DNA of 64,000 nucleotides from assembly GCA_965199715.1 (NCBI GenBank), contig OZ241322.1, positions 2,272,001 through 2,336,000 of the forward strand. The letters are read 5' to 3'. The DNA comes from Vicinamibacteria bacterium. Its GTDB lineage: Bacteria; Acidobacteriota; Vicinamibacteria; Marinacidobacterales; Marinacidobacteraceae. The notes beneath the pieces were generated by a model. That model made no database searches. It was given only the letters and a program-made list of their open reading frames with translations, and was not told the DNA's origin. This document shows, piece by piece, positions 50,314 to 61,000 of the stretch (positions are counted from its first letter, which is position 1; each line of letters starts with the position of its first letter). Both the position numbers and the translations under genes were made by a program.

Positions 50314-51130
50314 CCGCCGCCCGCTCCTCGGCGGCGCGCCGGTCGGGGACTCCGGCGGTTCCGTCCGCTTCCACCGCGAGCGCGGCGGCCGCGGCGGCGA
50401 GGCGTCCGGCGGCCGCGAGCGGGCGCCCCTCCATGAGTCCGATCATGAGCGCCGTCCCGAAGACGTCGCCGGCTCCGGTGGGATCGCGCTCGACGGCCGG
50501 AACCGCCGGAATCCGCAGTTCCTCGCCGCCGGAGCGGAGCGTCGCGCCGCGCTTCCCGTCGGTGATCGCGACGGCGCCGGCGTCCAACGGGAACGCTTCG
50601 GAACGGCTGAGGACGACGAGATCGAGGCCGGCGAGGCGCGCCGGAAGCCCGGCAGGCCGCCGGAGCCGCACCCGGCCGTCCGGCCCGGCGACGCGTAGCA
50701 GCCCTTGCGGAAGCGCGCCGGCGAGCCCCCGCCGGGGACGGGGAAACGCCCACGCGCCGTCCAGCTCGGACGCAACCGGAGCGTAGAGGACGGAGCCACC
50801 CGGGGGCAGCGCGGCGAGCGCCTCCCGGATGCGCGCTTCGGGGATGGGGCTCGCGACCCCGAGCAGGCGTTGGCGGCGTTCGCCGTCCCGGTAGCGGTTC
50901 TCGAAGACGGTGCGCGTCGGCGAGGGAATCCGGATCTCCCGGCAGCCCTCGACCGCGAACGGGAAGTCCGGATCCGCCGCCGTCAGGATCCTCGTCCGCA
51001 CGCCGAACCGGGCCGCGAGGAGGCCGGCGTAGGCGGCGGCGCCGCCGAGCCGGGGGCCGGACGCGAGGCGATCCTCGGTGAGGTGGCCGACGACGAGCAG
51101 ATGGGGGGCGGGCAGGGCGCGCCCGACCAT
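50306..51130 (-). CDS. PfkB-family carbohydrate kinase
   Basis: GGAAAY, ITDGKRGA, DPTGAGDVF. Confidence 0.85.
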   Translation of the reverse strand: MVGRALPAPHLLVVGHLTEDRLASGPRLGGAAAYAGLLAARFGVRTRILTAADPDFPFAVEGCREIRIPSPTRTVFENRYRDGERRQRLLGVASPIPEARIREALAALPPGGSVLYAPVASELDGAWAFPRPRRGLAGALPQGLLRVAGPDGRVRLRRPAGLPARLAGLDLVVLSRSEAFPLDAGAVAITDGKRGATLRSGGEELRIPAVPAVERDPTGAGDVFGTALMIGLMEGRPLAAAGRLAAAAAALAVEADGTAGVPDRRAAEERAAVS

Positions 51131-51141
51131 AATGCCCGCCC

Positions 51142-51717
51142 ATGCTGGTCTGGACCTCGCTGATCGCCGGCCAGAAGCGGCGCGCCGCGATTTCCGCGCT
51201 CGGAGCGGTGATCCTCGCGCTGCTGGCGTTCCAGCTCGCCCGTTTCTACGACTGGACCGGCGTCTGGATCGCGGTCTTCGTCGCGGCGGCGCTGTTCGTG
51301 GTGCGGTCCGTGGGAGCCGCGGCGTGGTTTCTCGGCCGCCACCCGTACGCGCAGGTCGATCTCGGCTTCAGCGAGGCGGCCGTCCCCGGCGGCTTCGTGC
51401 GCTGCGCGGCCCGGATCGAGGCGCGCCGCCCGGCGGCGGTGCGCGAGCTGCGGTTCCGCCTCACCGCCGAGAGCCGGGGCGGAAACGCGCCCGAACGCGA
51501 ACTCGCCCGCGTCGAGGGCGCGCTCGACGTTCCCGAGCTGCCGCCGGGGCGCCGCTGGGAGGGACGCATCGACCTGCCGGTGCCCGAGGGCGCCCGGTAC
51601 TCGTACCGCTCGTTCGAGGGCCGGGTGGTCTGGGCGGTCGCGGCCCGGCTCGAGACCGAGGACTGGTCGCCGGTCGAGACCGCCATCGAAGTGCTGGTCG
51701 CGCCGCCGGCCGACTGA
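51142..51717 (+). CDS. Hypothetical membrane protein with C-terminal beta-sandwich
   Basis: Two TM helices; stop overlaps the next ATG (TGATG). Confidence 0.65.
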   Translation: MLVWTSLIAGQKRRAAISALGAVILALLAFQLARFYDWTGVWIAVFVAAALFVVRSVGAAAWFLGRHPYAQVDLGFSEAAVPGGFVRCAARIEARRPAAVRELRFRLTAESRGGNAPERELARVEGALDVPELPPGRRWEGRIDLPVPEGARYSYRSFEGRVVWAVAARLETEDWSPVETAIEVLVAPPAD

Positions 51718-52601
51718 TGCAACCGCGCTTCGCCTGGGCCGCGCTGGTCCGCAATCCGTTTGCGGGGACCGGCGGCGGCGACCCGGCGCGACTCCGCGAC
51801 GCGCTCGCCGAAGCCGGCGTGTCGCTCGTCGAGACGGTCACCCGGGGACCCGGGCACGCCGCCCGGATCGCCGGCGACTTCGCGAACGCCGGCGCCCCGC
51901 TCGTGATCGCCTGGGGCGGCGACGGAACCGTCACCGAGGTCGCCCGCGGCGTCGTGGGCACTCCGGCGGCGCTCGGGGTGATCCCCCGGGGGACCGTGAA
52001 CGTGCTGGCGCGGGAGACCGGGATCCCGTTCGACGTCGCGGCGGCGGCGCGGGTGTTGACCGGTGGCCGCGTGGTCGAATTCCGGCCCGGCGCGCTCCAC
52101 TCGACGACGGGGACGCACCTCTTCGTCGCGGTGGCGTCGATCGGCCTCGACGCCGAGACGGCGCGCCGGATGGCGGCTCGCGGACGCCGGGGAATCCCGC
52201 TCTGGATCGCCACCGGTCTTGGCGTGTTCCTGACGGCCCGGCTGCCTCGCCTCCACGTGACCGCAGGCGACCGGCGCGAGCGGGCGGCGTGGGTCGGGTG
52301 CGGCCGCCAGCCCCGATTCGTCCACTCGCTGCGGCTCTTCCCGGACGCCCGGCTCACCGGCGAGAAGCTCGGAATGACGCTGCTGCGCTCCTGGACTCGC
52401 TGGGGCTATCTCGGGGGCGCGCTCGCCGCCCGCCTCGGGGCGCTGCGGCGCTTTCCACCGGCCCTCAGCCTGCCGGTCGAGGAAGCGTGGATCGATTCCA
52501 AGGACGCGCCGGCGGCCTGCGAGGCGGACGGAAACCCCGCGGGGACGACCCCGGTCTGGGTCGGGGTGTGGCCGGAGCCGCTGCGGATCGTCCTGCCCGC
52601 C

Positions 52602-53200
<599 letters not shown>

Positions 53201-53204
<4 letters not shown>

Positions 53205-53734
53205 GCCTTGTACCTCGGGGCGACCCCGGGAGCGGCGCCCCGGGGGATGGACAGCGACCGCCACCGGTCCGCCTCCTCCCGCGCGAGCTGGACGATCTGG
53301 CCGGAGTGGTAGGCCAGATGGACCACCTGCCGCTGGATCGCCTCCATGACCGTGAAGGGTTCGGATCGGATGCGCACGGCGCGGTCGAGGTCCGGCCCTG
53401 AGAGGCCGTCCAGTTGGGCGAGCGCGAGCGCGAACGCCGCGTCCCACTCCCGGACGAGATCTTCCCGCGCGAGGTCCGGGCGCGGCTCGAACTCGCCCTC
53501 CCGGTCGCGGTCGGGCTTCTCTCCGTCGGACGTGAGGAAGTCGGTCCACCGGGAGCGCAGGTTGCCGGCGAGGTGGCGCATCAGGACGGCGATCGAGTTC
53601 GCGTCGGGGGACGCCCGCCGGTGGAGACCGGCCTCGCCCGGAACCTGCGCGATCGCGGCCTCGGCGAGTCCCTTCAGGCGGCGGAATTCGAAGCGGGCGC
53701 CCCGGAGGAACGCCTCGCCGGCGGGTTCGGTCAC
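53201..53734 (-). CDS. DUF1572 (DinB superfamily) protein
   Basis: [53 protein letters not shown]. Confidence 0.88.
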
Positions 53735-53794
53735 GGGCTCGGGAGGCGACGCGAATATACCGGAGGGTCAACGGGTTTGGGTACGATTCGCGCC

Positions 53795-54982
53795 ATGAAC
53801 GCGCGCTCGCTCTCCCGCCGCGGCTTTCTCGGCGCCGCCGGCGCGGGGGTCCTCGCTCCCGGCGCGGTCGGCGGCCAGGAGGCCGCGGTCGCCATCGCCG
53901 GGAAGACCGATCTCCGCGTCCTGAGCGAACGTCCGGTGAACGCCGAGACGTGGGTCACCGACCTCGATCCCGACCTCACGCCGAACGACCGGCACTTCGT
54001 CCGCAACAACGGCGGCGTTCCCGAACGGGCGCTGTCGGGGAGCCTCGAAGGCTGGTCGCTCACCATCGACGGCGAGGTCGAGAACCAACTGGAGCTCTCG
54101 TTCGACGACCTGACCACCGCGTTCGAGACGGTCACGCTTGCGCTCACGCTCGAATGCGCCGGCAACGGGCGGGCGGCGTTCCGTCCCGCCGCGTCGGGCA
54201 ACCAGTGGTGGCTCGGGGCGGTCGGCTGCGCCCGCTACGCCGGGGTGCGGCTGCGGGACGTGGTGCGCTCCGCCGGCCTCGCCCCGAGCGCGGTGTACGT
54301 CGCCTATTACGGCGAGGATCCGCCGCTCGGCGGCGGTCCCGGCGAGGCGCCGATCTCGCGCGGGATTCCGGTCTCGAAGGCGCTCGAGCCGACCACGCTC
54401 CTCGCGTGGGAGATGAACGGCGAGCCGCTGCCGCCGATCCACGGCTTTCCCCTGCGGCTCGTGGCCCCGGGCTATCCGGCCTCGGCGAGCGGCAAGTGGC
54501 TTCGCCGGCTCTGGGTCCGCGACCGGGTTCACGACGGCGCCAAGATGACCGGCTACTCCTACCGGGTGCCCCGCCAGCCGGTGGCGCCGGGAACCGAGGT
54601 GCCCGAGAGGGACATGCGGATCATCGAGGCGATGCCGGTGAAGTCCATCATCACGAACCCGGCTTCCGGGGCGCGGCGGTCGGTCGTGGGATCGCTGGAC
54701 CTGCGCGGGCACGCATGGTGCGGGGAAGGACCCGTCGCCGCGATGCACCTGAGCCGGGACTTCGGGGCCACCTGGGTCGAATGCGGCCTCGCGGAGCCCG
54801 AGAACCGCTTCGCCTGGCAGCGCTGGGAGGGCAGCCTCCGCTTCGACGTTCCCGGCCACTACGAGATCTGGGCGCGCGCCACCGACCACGCCGGGCGCAT
54901 GCAGCCCATGGTGACCCCCGGGTGGAACCCTCGGGGCTACCTCAACAATGCCATGCATCGCATCGGCGTCACGGTGATCTGA
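53795..54982 (+). CDS. Sulfite dehydrogenase/oxidase molybdopterin subunit (SorA/SoxC-like), Tat-exported
   Basis: SRRGFL Tat motif, [39 protein letters not shown]. Confidence 0.9.
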   Translation: MNARSLSRRGFLGAAGAGVLAPGAVGGQEAAVAIAGKTDLRVLSERPVNAETWVTDLDPDLTPNDRHFVRNNGGVPERALSGSLEGWSLTIDGEVENQLELSFDDLTTAFETVTLALTLECAGNGRAAFRPAASGNQWWLGAVGCARYAGVRLRDVVRSAGLAPSAVYVAYYGEDPPLGGGPGEAPISRGIPVSKALEPTTLLAWEMNGEPLPPIHGFPLRLVAPGYPASASGKWLRRLWVRDRVHDGAKMTGYSYRVPRQPVAPGTEVPERDMRIIEAMPVKSIITNPASGARRSVVGSLDLRGHAWCGEGPVAAMHLSRDFGATWVECGLAEPENRFAWQRWEGSLRFDVPGHYEIWARATDHAGRMQPMVTPGWNPRGYLNNAMHRIGVTVI

Positions 54983-54984
54983 CC

Positions 54985-55347
54985 TTGGCTTTCCTCCGCC
55001 TCCTCCTTCCGCTTCTCGTCGTCTCCCCGGCGTTCGCTCAGACCGACAACCTCAAGGACGGCCCCAACGTGGACCTCGTCCGACAGGAGTGCCTCGCCTG
55101 CCACGAGGACAGCTACATCACTGCGTCCAACTTCGATCGGGCGACGTGGGACGAGATGCTCGACGTGATGGTGGGGATGGGGATGGCGCCGCTCGACGAC
55201 GCGAACCGGGAGCTCGTGCTGGACTACCTCGAGGCGGCGCAGGGGCCGGAAAGCGACGACGACGACGGGGAAGCGGATCCGGCGACTCCGTGGGCGGAGC
55301 CGCTCTACCGGCCGAACCCGCTCGACTGGACCGGGCCCCGGCGCTGA
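54985..55347 (+). CDS. Monoheme cytochrome c (SorB-like)
   Basis: Signal peptide, CLACH, W..M..M, LDYL; begins 2 nt after the SorA-like stop. Confidence 0.78.
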   Translation: MAFLRLLLPLLVVSPAFAQTDNLKDGPNVDLVRQECLACHEDSYITASNFDRATWDEMLDVMVGMGMAPLDDANRELVLDYLEAAQGPESDDDDGEADPATPWAEPLYRPNPLDWTGPRR

Positions 55348-55350
55348 GCG

Positions 55351-55812
55351 TCAGCGCAGCGCGATCTCGCTGAACGCCCTGCGCTCGATCGCGTCCCGAA
55401 TCTCGGCGGCGGTCGCGCCTTCCTCATGCATGTCCGCGGTCAGGAGGACCTCCTGGAGACAGATGGGTCAAGTGGCGGCGTGGTCGTCCACGAAGCAGTC
55501 GAGCAGACTCCCGTGCCCGTGCGACGCCGCGCAGGCGCACAGGCACGGCTGCTGGACCAGCACCTCGGGGATCTCGCGCGCGATCGCGTAGGCGCGCCGC
55601 ACGGCCGGGCTCCGGTAGGACCCCGGCGCCTTCGTGATCGGGAAGGGCTCGGCGTCCGCCGGCGAGGCGTGGAACGGGAACGCCGACGAAGCCGCCGCGA
55701 CCGGGTCCTGGCGCACCGTCTGGTCGGCGGTCACGGCGACGACCAGCACGGCCGCTCCGCCGAGGAGAAGCGCGATCGCGAGCCAGGGCAGGAAACGGGG
55801 GCGCTGCGGCAT
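55351..55812 (-). CDS. PCYCGC/CYCXC-family protein, probable selenoprotein (UGA at 55468-55470)
   Basis: QPCLCAC..HGSLLDCFVDDHAAT-TGA-PICLQEVLLTADMHEEGATAAEIRDAIE..; family-like sequence continues past the TGA to a stop at 55351. Confidence 0.8.
55441..55455 (-). promoter_or_regulatory. Candidate bacterial SECIS hairpin
   Basis: mRNA reads UGA CCCAUCUGUCUC CAGGAG-GUC-CUCCUG: a perfect 6-bp stem with a G-first apical loop ~18 nt after the UGA. Confidence 0.6.
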
Positions 55813-55832
55813 GGGCCTATCCTAGTCCGACG

Positions 55833-57845
55833 GTGTCCACGGTCTGGATCGTCCGGGCGGCGATCTTCCTCTCGGCGCTGCTCCTGTTCCAGATCCAGCC
55901 GATGGTCGCGAAGCGGCTGCTCGTCTGGTACGGCGGCGCCCCGATGGTCTGGGCGGCGTCGCTGTTCTTCTTCCAGGCGGCGCTGCTCCTCGGGTACGGC
56001 TGGGCGCACCTGATCGCGAGCCGCCTGCCGCGGCGCGCGCAAGTCGCGCTGCATGGGGCGCTGCTGCTCGCCGCGGTCGCCTTCCTTCCACCGCAGCCGG
56101 GGGCGGAGTGGATCCCCGAAGCCGGGTCGGCGCCGGCGCTGCGCATCCTCGCCACCTTCGTCGCGACCGTCGGTCCGCCGTTCGTCCTGCTGGCCGCGAC
56201 CACGCCGCTCGTCTCGCACTGGCTTGCCGGCGGGCCGGCGGGAAGCCGCGCGTTCCGGTGGTACGCCGTCTCGAACGCCGGGTCGCTCGCGGGGCTGCTG
56301 AGCCACCCGGCGCTCCTCGAGCCGCTCGTCGGCCTCGCGCGGCAGGAGCGGCTCTGGTCGGCGGGATTCCTCGCGGCGGCGGTCCTCGTGCCGGCGAGCG
56401 GCCTCCTGCTTCCCGGCGGTCGGAAGGCGGCGCGGTTCCGGATCGCCGCGGGGTTCGATCCGGGGACGCTGCTGCTCGCCGCGTTCGGATCCTTCTCGCT
56501 CGTCGCGGTGACGACCCACCTGACCCGCGACCTGGCCGCCGCGCCCTTTCTCTGGACGCTTCCGCTCGCGCTGTATCTGGGGTCCATGATCCTCGCGTTC
56601 TCGGTCGGGCCGCTCCCGGCCGCCTGGGCCCGGCCGCTGGTTCTGCTGAGCGCCGCCGCGTGCCTCCTCCTGCGGCTTCGCAACCTCGACGGCGCGCTCG
56701 ATCCGTGGGCGCTCGACGCCGCGGCGGGCGCGGCGTTCCTCTTCGCGGCCTGCTGGGTCGCCCACGGGATGGCGGCCGAGCGCCGGCCCGACCCGTCGCG
56801 GCTGACGGGCTTCTACCTGTCGCTGACCGCGGGCGGCGCCGCCGGCGGGCTCCTCGCCGCGCTCGCCGCGCCGGTCGTCTTCGCGAACGTGTTCGAGTAC
56901 CCGCTCGCGCTCGCCGCCGGGATCGCGCTCGCCTTCGCCGGAGCGCGGGCCGTCTGGGTCCGCCGGATCGCGGTCGCCGCGGCGGCGCTCGTCGCGTCGT
57001 TCCTGACGCTCGTCGAGCACCGGCGCCCGCTCCACTCCGAGCGGACGTTCTTCGGCGTGGTCCGCGTCTTCGAGGGCGCCCGCGAGACGAACGAGTGGCG
57101 GCGCGATCTCTGGCACGGGGGCATCGCCCACGGCTCCCAGTGGCTCGCGCCGGAGCGGCGGCGCGAACCCACCCTGTACTACTACCGGGGAACCGGGGTC
57201 GAGCTCGCGCTGAACCGCCACCCCAAGCGCGATCGGGGCGAGCCGCTGCGGGTCGGCGTCGTGGGGCTCGGAACCGGGACGCTCGCCGTCTGGGGGCGCG
57301 CCGGCGACGAGTTCCGCTTCCACGAGCTGGATCCGGCGGTGGAACGCGCGGCGCGGGAACACTTCACCTTCCTCGAGGACGCGCCGGCGCGCACGGAAGT
57401 CGCAGTCGGCGACGGGCGGCTCGGCCTCGAGGGGGAGGCGGCGCGGGGCGATCCCCCCTACGACGTGCTCGTCCTGGACGCCTTCGCCGGCGATGCGATC
57501 CCAACGCACCTCCTCACCGCCGAGGCGTTCGACGCGTACGCGGCGCGGCTGGACGAGGGCGGCGTCCTCGCGGTCCACGTCTCGAACCGGCACGTGGATC
57601 TGGCTCCGGTGGTGCGGGCGCAAGCGCTGCGGCTCGGCTGGGCGCCGCTGCTGATGGTCGCCGAAGGGGAGGCGGACAGCTTCCGCTACGAGGCGTCGTG
57701 GATCCTGCTGACCCGGAATCCCGACTTCCTCACCGATCCGGCGATCCTCGGCCGGGCGGGAATCTGGGTGGGGCCGTCGGCGAATCCCGAACCGCACCAC
57801 CTGTGGACCGACGACTGGTCGCACCTCCTCGGCGTCCTCCGCTGA
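55833..57845 (+). CDS. Fused MFS-like membrane domain / spermidine-synthase-like methyltransferase
   Basis: FQIQPMVAK, FFQAALLLGY, YAVSNAGSL, FFGVVRV, HGSQ, VGLGTGTLA, GDGR, LDAF, HVSNR, WTDD. Confidence 0.9.
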   Translation: MSTVWIVRAAIFLSALLLFQIQPMVAKRLLVWYGGAPMVWAASLFFFQAALLLGYGWAHLIASRLPRRAQVALHGALLLAAVAFLPPQPGAEWIPEAGSAPALRILATFVATVGPPFVLLAATTPLVSHWLAGGPAGSRAFRWYAVSNAGSLAGLLSHPALLEPLVGLARQERLWSAGFLAAAVLVPASGLLLPGGRKAARFRIAAGFDPGTLLLAAFGSFSLVAVTTHLTRDLAAAPFLWTLPLALYLGSMILAFSVGPLPAAWARPLVLLSAAACLLLRLRNLDGALDPWALDAAAGAAFLFAACWVAHGMAAERRPDPSRLTGFYLSLTAGGAAGGLLAALAAPVVFANVFEYPLALAAGIALAFAGARAVWVRRIAVAAAALVASFLTLVEHRRPLHSERTFFGVVRVFEGARETNEWRRDLWHGGIAHGSQWLAPERRREPTLYYYRGTGVELALNRHPKRDRGEPLRVGVVGLGTGTLAVWGRAGDEFRFHELDPAVERAAREHFTFLEDAPARTEVAVGDGRLGLEGEAARGDPPYDVLVLDAFAGDAIPTHLLTAEAFDAYAARLDEGGVLAVHVSNRHVDLAPVVRAQALRLGWAPLLMVAEGEADSFRYEASWILLTRNPDFLTDPAILGRAGIWVGPSANPEPHHLWTDDWSHLLGVLR

Positions 57846-57887
57846 CTCCGGGGTAAAATTGCCCAATTCGCTCGCGGAGGAACGCTC

Positions 57888-59930
57888 ATGCCGAACACTC
57901 GAACGCTTCGCACGGTCATCGCCGGGGCGCTTCTGGTCGCCTTCGCGGCCTCCGCCCCGGCGCAGAACCGCGACATGCCGGAAGGCGAGTGGCGCTACCA
58001 GAGCGGCGACGCCTGGGGCACCCGGTCCTCGCCGCTGACCGACGTCAACGCCGAGAACTTCGGCGATCTCGAGGTCGCCTGGCACTGGCGCGGCGACAAC
58101 TTCGGCCCGAAACCCAGCTACCTCTCGAAATCGACTCCGAGCTACATCGACGGGCTGCTCTACACGGTGGTCGGCTACCGGCGCAGCGTGGCCGCCATCG
58201 ATCCCGCGAGCGGCGAGACGGTGTGGACCTATTCGGAGCCGACGACCCGCCGCTGGGAGGAGTCGATGCGCTCCAGCTACGGCAAGGGCGTCGCCTACGC
58301 CGAGATCGACGGCCGCGTCGTGATCTTCCACGTCACGCCCGGCTTCTTCCTGCATGCGCTCGACGGCAAGACCGGCGAGCACCTCGAGGGGTGGGGCCAG
58401 CCGGTCGATATCGACGGATTCCCGAAGACCGGCGTGGTCGATCTGCTCGCCCACTTCGGCTACAACTACGACCCGTACGAGGGGCTGGCGCCCACGGTGG
58501 GGTACATCACGAACTCGTCGCCCGCGATCGTCGTGAACGGCACGATCGTCGTCGGCAACTCCGCCGCGCAGGGCTACCACCAGACCCGGATCGAGAACGT
58601 CCCCGGCGACATCCTCGCCATCGACGCCCGCACCGGAGACTTCAAGTGGAAGTTCAACGTCACGCCGCGATCGGAGGACGACTTCGCGGCGAGCACCTGG
58701 GAGAACGACGCTTGGAAGTGGACCGGCGACGTGTCCTCGTGGGCCCCGCTCTCCGCCGACCTCGAGCGCGACATCGTCTATATCCCGACGAACGCGCCGA
58801 CCATCGACTTCTACGGCGGGTTCCGCCCCGGCGACAACCTCTTCGGGACCAGCGTGATCGCGCTGAACGCCCAGACCGGCGAGCGCGTCTGGCACTTCCA
58901 GACGACCCATCACCCGATCTGGAACCACGACCTCCCGAACGTCCCGATCCTCGTGGACGTGGAAGTGAACGGCGCGCCCGTGCCCATGGCGATCCAGACC
59001 ACGAAGCAGGGCTACACCTTCGCGTTCAACCGGGAGACCGGCGAGCCGGTGTGGCCCATCGAGGAGACCCCGGTCCCGCAGTCCATCGTTCCAGGAGAGA
59101 AGCTCTCGCCGACCCAGCCGGTGCCCACGGTCCCCGCTCCGCTGGAGATGCTGGACCTCACTGAGGACAACCTCATCAACTACACCCCCGAGCTGCGCCA
59201 GAAGGCGATCGACATCGTGTCCGAATACACGGTCGGCGGCCCCTACATGCCCCCGATCCCCAAGGGCTACGACGAGAACAAGGGCTGGATCGCCTGCGGC
59301 GTCCACTCAGCGGTGAACATCACGCACCCGGCGGCGCTGGACCCCGGGACCGGCATCCTCTACCAGTCGTCCGGCCCCGCCTGCTCCGGTCGGATGGTCC
59401 AGCCGGGAGTGGACGCGGACGAGCCGACCCACAGTTGCACCTCCCCGAGCGGCGAGTGCACGACCATCGGGGAGACCGTCGCCGACTGGGTCAACTACCG
59501 CCCGATCGGCATCCCCGGCCCGGACGGGCTTCCGATCTACAAGCCGCCGTACAGCCGGGTCACCGCCATCGACATGAACACCGGTGAGCACCTCTGGTGG
59601 ATCCCGGTGGGCGAGCCCAACGACCGGATCAAGAACCATCCGGCGCTCGAGGGCGTGGACCTGTCCATGGTCGGCGGCCAGGGCCGCTCCATCCTCATGG
59701 TCTCCGGCGACCTGCTGCTCACCACCGAGGGCATGCGCGGACGGCCGGTGCTCCACGCGCACGACAAGCGCACCGGCGACCGGGTCGGCTCGGTCGATCT
59801 GCCGGCGCCGGGGATGTACGGGATGATGACCTTCCGCCACGAGGGGCGGCAGTACATCGTCGTGCAGGCCGGCCAGCAGGGCAGCGTGCCGGAGTCCTAC
59901 GTCGCGCTGGCGCTTCCCAGGAGCGACTGA
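57888..59930 (+). CDS. PQQ-dependent dehydrogenase (soluble quinoprotein glucose dehydrogenase-like)
   Basis: GGAGG SD, signal peptide, PQQ propeller repeats (IDPASGETVW, IDARTGDFKW, NAQTGERVWHFQ), HPIWNHDLP, SPTQP. Confidence 0.88.
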   Translation: MPNTRTLRTVIAGALLVAFAASAPAQNRDMPEGEWRYQSGDAWGTRSSPLTDVNAENFGDLEVAWHWRGDNFGPKPSYLSKSTPSYIDGLLYTVVGYRRSVAAIDPASGETVWTYSEPTTRRWEESMRSSYGKGVAYAEIDGRVVIFHVTPGFFLHALDGKTGEHLEGWGQPVDIDGFPKTGVVDLLAHFGYNYDPYEGLAPTVGYITNSSPAIVVNGTIVVGNSAAQGYHQTRIENVPGDILAIDARTGDFKWKFNVTPRSEDDFAASTWENDAWKWTGDVSSWAPLSADLERDIVYIPTNAPTIDFYGGFRPGDNLFGTSVIALNAQTGERVWHFQTTHHPIWNHDLPNVPILVDVEVNGAPVPMAIQTTKQGYTFAFNRETGEPVWPIEETPVPQSIVPGEKLSPTQPVPTVPAPLEMLDLTEDNLINYTPELRQKAIDIVSEYTVGGPYMPPIPKGYDENKGWIACGVHSAVNITHPAALDPGTGILYQSSGPACSGRMVQPGVDADEPTHSCTSPSGECTTIGETVADWVNYRPIGIPGPDGLPIYKPPYSRVTAIDMNTGEHLWWIPVGEPNDRIKNHPALEGVDLSMVGGQGRSILMVSGDLLLTTEGMRGRPVLHAHDKRTGDRVGSVDLPAPGMYGMMTFRHEGRQYIVVQAGQQGSVPESYVALALPRSD

Positions 59931-61000
59931 ACCGGGATCACGCGCGCGCCGTCGGAGGGGACAGCGTCGAGTAACGCCCCCTCCGGCGGCAGGCCGCGCG
60001 GCTCGTAGAAGCTCCGGACGAGCCGCTCCCGCACCCGTTCATGGGTCGCGGGTTCATTGAGGACGACGACCGATCCGCCGAAGCCGGCGCCGGTCAGCCG
60101 CGCCCCGAGCGCCCCGGCCTCGAGCGCCCGCGCCACGAGCTCGTCGAGGGCGGGCGAACTCACCTCGTAGTCGTCCCGGAGCGAGCGGTGGCCCGCGACG
60201 AGGATGCGCCCGAGCGCGCGGGCGTCCCCGGTCTCGAGCGCCCGAACCGCGGCGCGGGTGCGCGCGGCCTCGGACCGGACGTGGCGCAGGCGGCGGTCGA
60301 GCGGCGGCCGCAGGGACCCCGGAGGCCCGGCCAGAGCGTCCTTCGCCTCGCGCACCCGGAGGTCGAAGAGCGTCCCCACCGGGCCGCCCTTGTCCGCCTC
60401 CTCCCCGCTGTATGCGGCGAGGAAGCGGAACCCGGGCGGAATCGGGATCCGCCGCCACTCGTCGCCGTGGATCCACATGGCGCAGCCGGCCCGCGCGCCG
60501 AGCGAGACCGACTGGTCCATCGCGCCGCCGGCGATCGCGACTCCCTGCTCGGCGGCGGCGAGGCGAAGCGCGAGCTCGGGCTTCGGCGGACGCAGCCCGT
60601 TCGCCCGCAGCAGCGCGAGCGCCGACGCCACGACGAGCGCCGACGAGGACGAGAGCCCGGACGCCATGGGCAGGTCGGAGACCGCCATGCCGTCCGCGCC
60701 CCGAGCGCCGCCGACGGCCTGCGCCGCGGCTCCGACGTAGCGGCCCCAGCCCTCCGCCTCCCCGGGGAGCCGCAGTTCCGGAGACTCCCGCGATTCGTTC
60801 GCGAAGCGGACGAGGGAGTCACGCCGGCGCCGGAACGCGATCGCGATCCCGTGCGGAAGCGCGAACGGCAGCACCGGCAGCCCGCAGTAGTCCACGTGCT
60901 CGCCGATGACATTCACCCGGCCCGGCGCGAAGGCGACCCCGTCGGGCGCGGTTCCGAACCGCTCGCGGAACCGGCGGACCGCCTTCTCGGCCAGTTCCAT
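59897..61000 (-). CDS. galK: Galactokinase
   Basis: APGRVNVIGEHVDY, PMASGLSSSSA, MDQ, SLRDDYEVS, GARLTGAGFGG. Confidence 0.88.
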   Translation of the reverse strand: MELAEKAVRRFRERFGTAPDGVAFAPGRVNVIGEHVDYCGLPVLPFALPHGIAIAFRRRRDSLVRFANESRESPELRLPGEAEGWGRYVGAAAQAVGGARGADGMAVSDLPMASGLSSSSALVVASALALLRANGLRPPKPELALRLAAAEQGVAIAGGAMDQSVSLGARAGCAMWIHGDEWRRIPIPPGFRFLAAYSGEEADKGGPVGTLFDLRVREAKDALAGPPGSLRPPLDRRLRHVRSEAARTRAAVRALETGDARALGRILVAGHRSLRDDYEVSSPALDELVARALEAGALGARLTGAGFGGSVVVLNEPATHERVRERLVRSFYEPRGLPPEGALLDAVPSDGARVIPVQSLLGSASAT

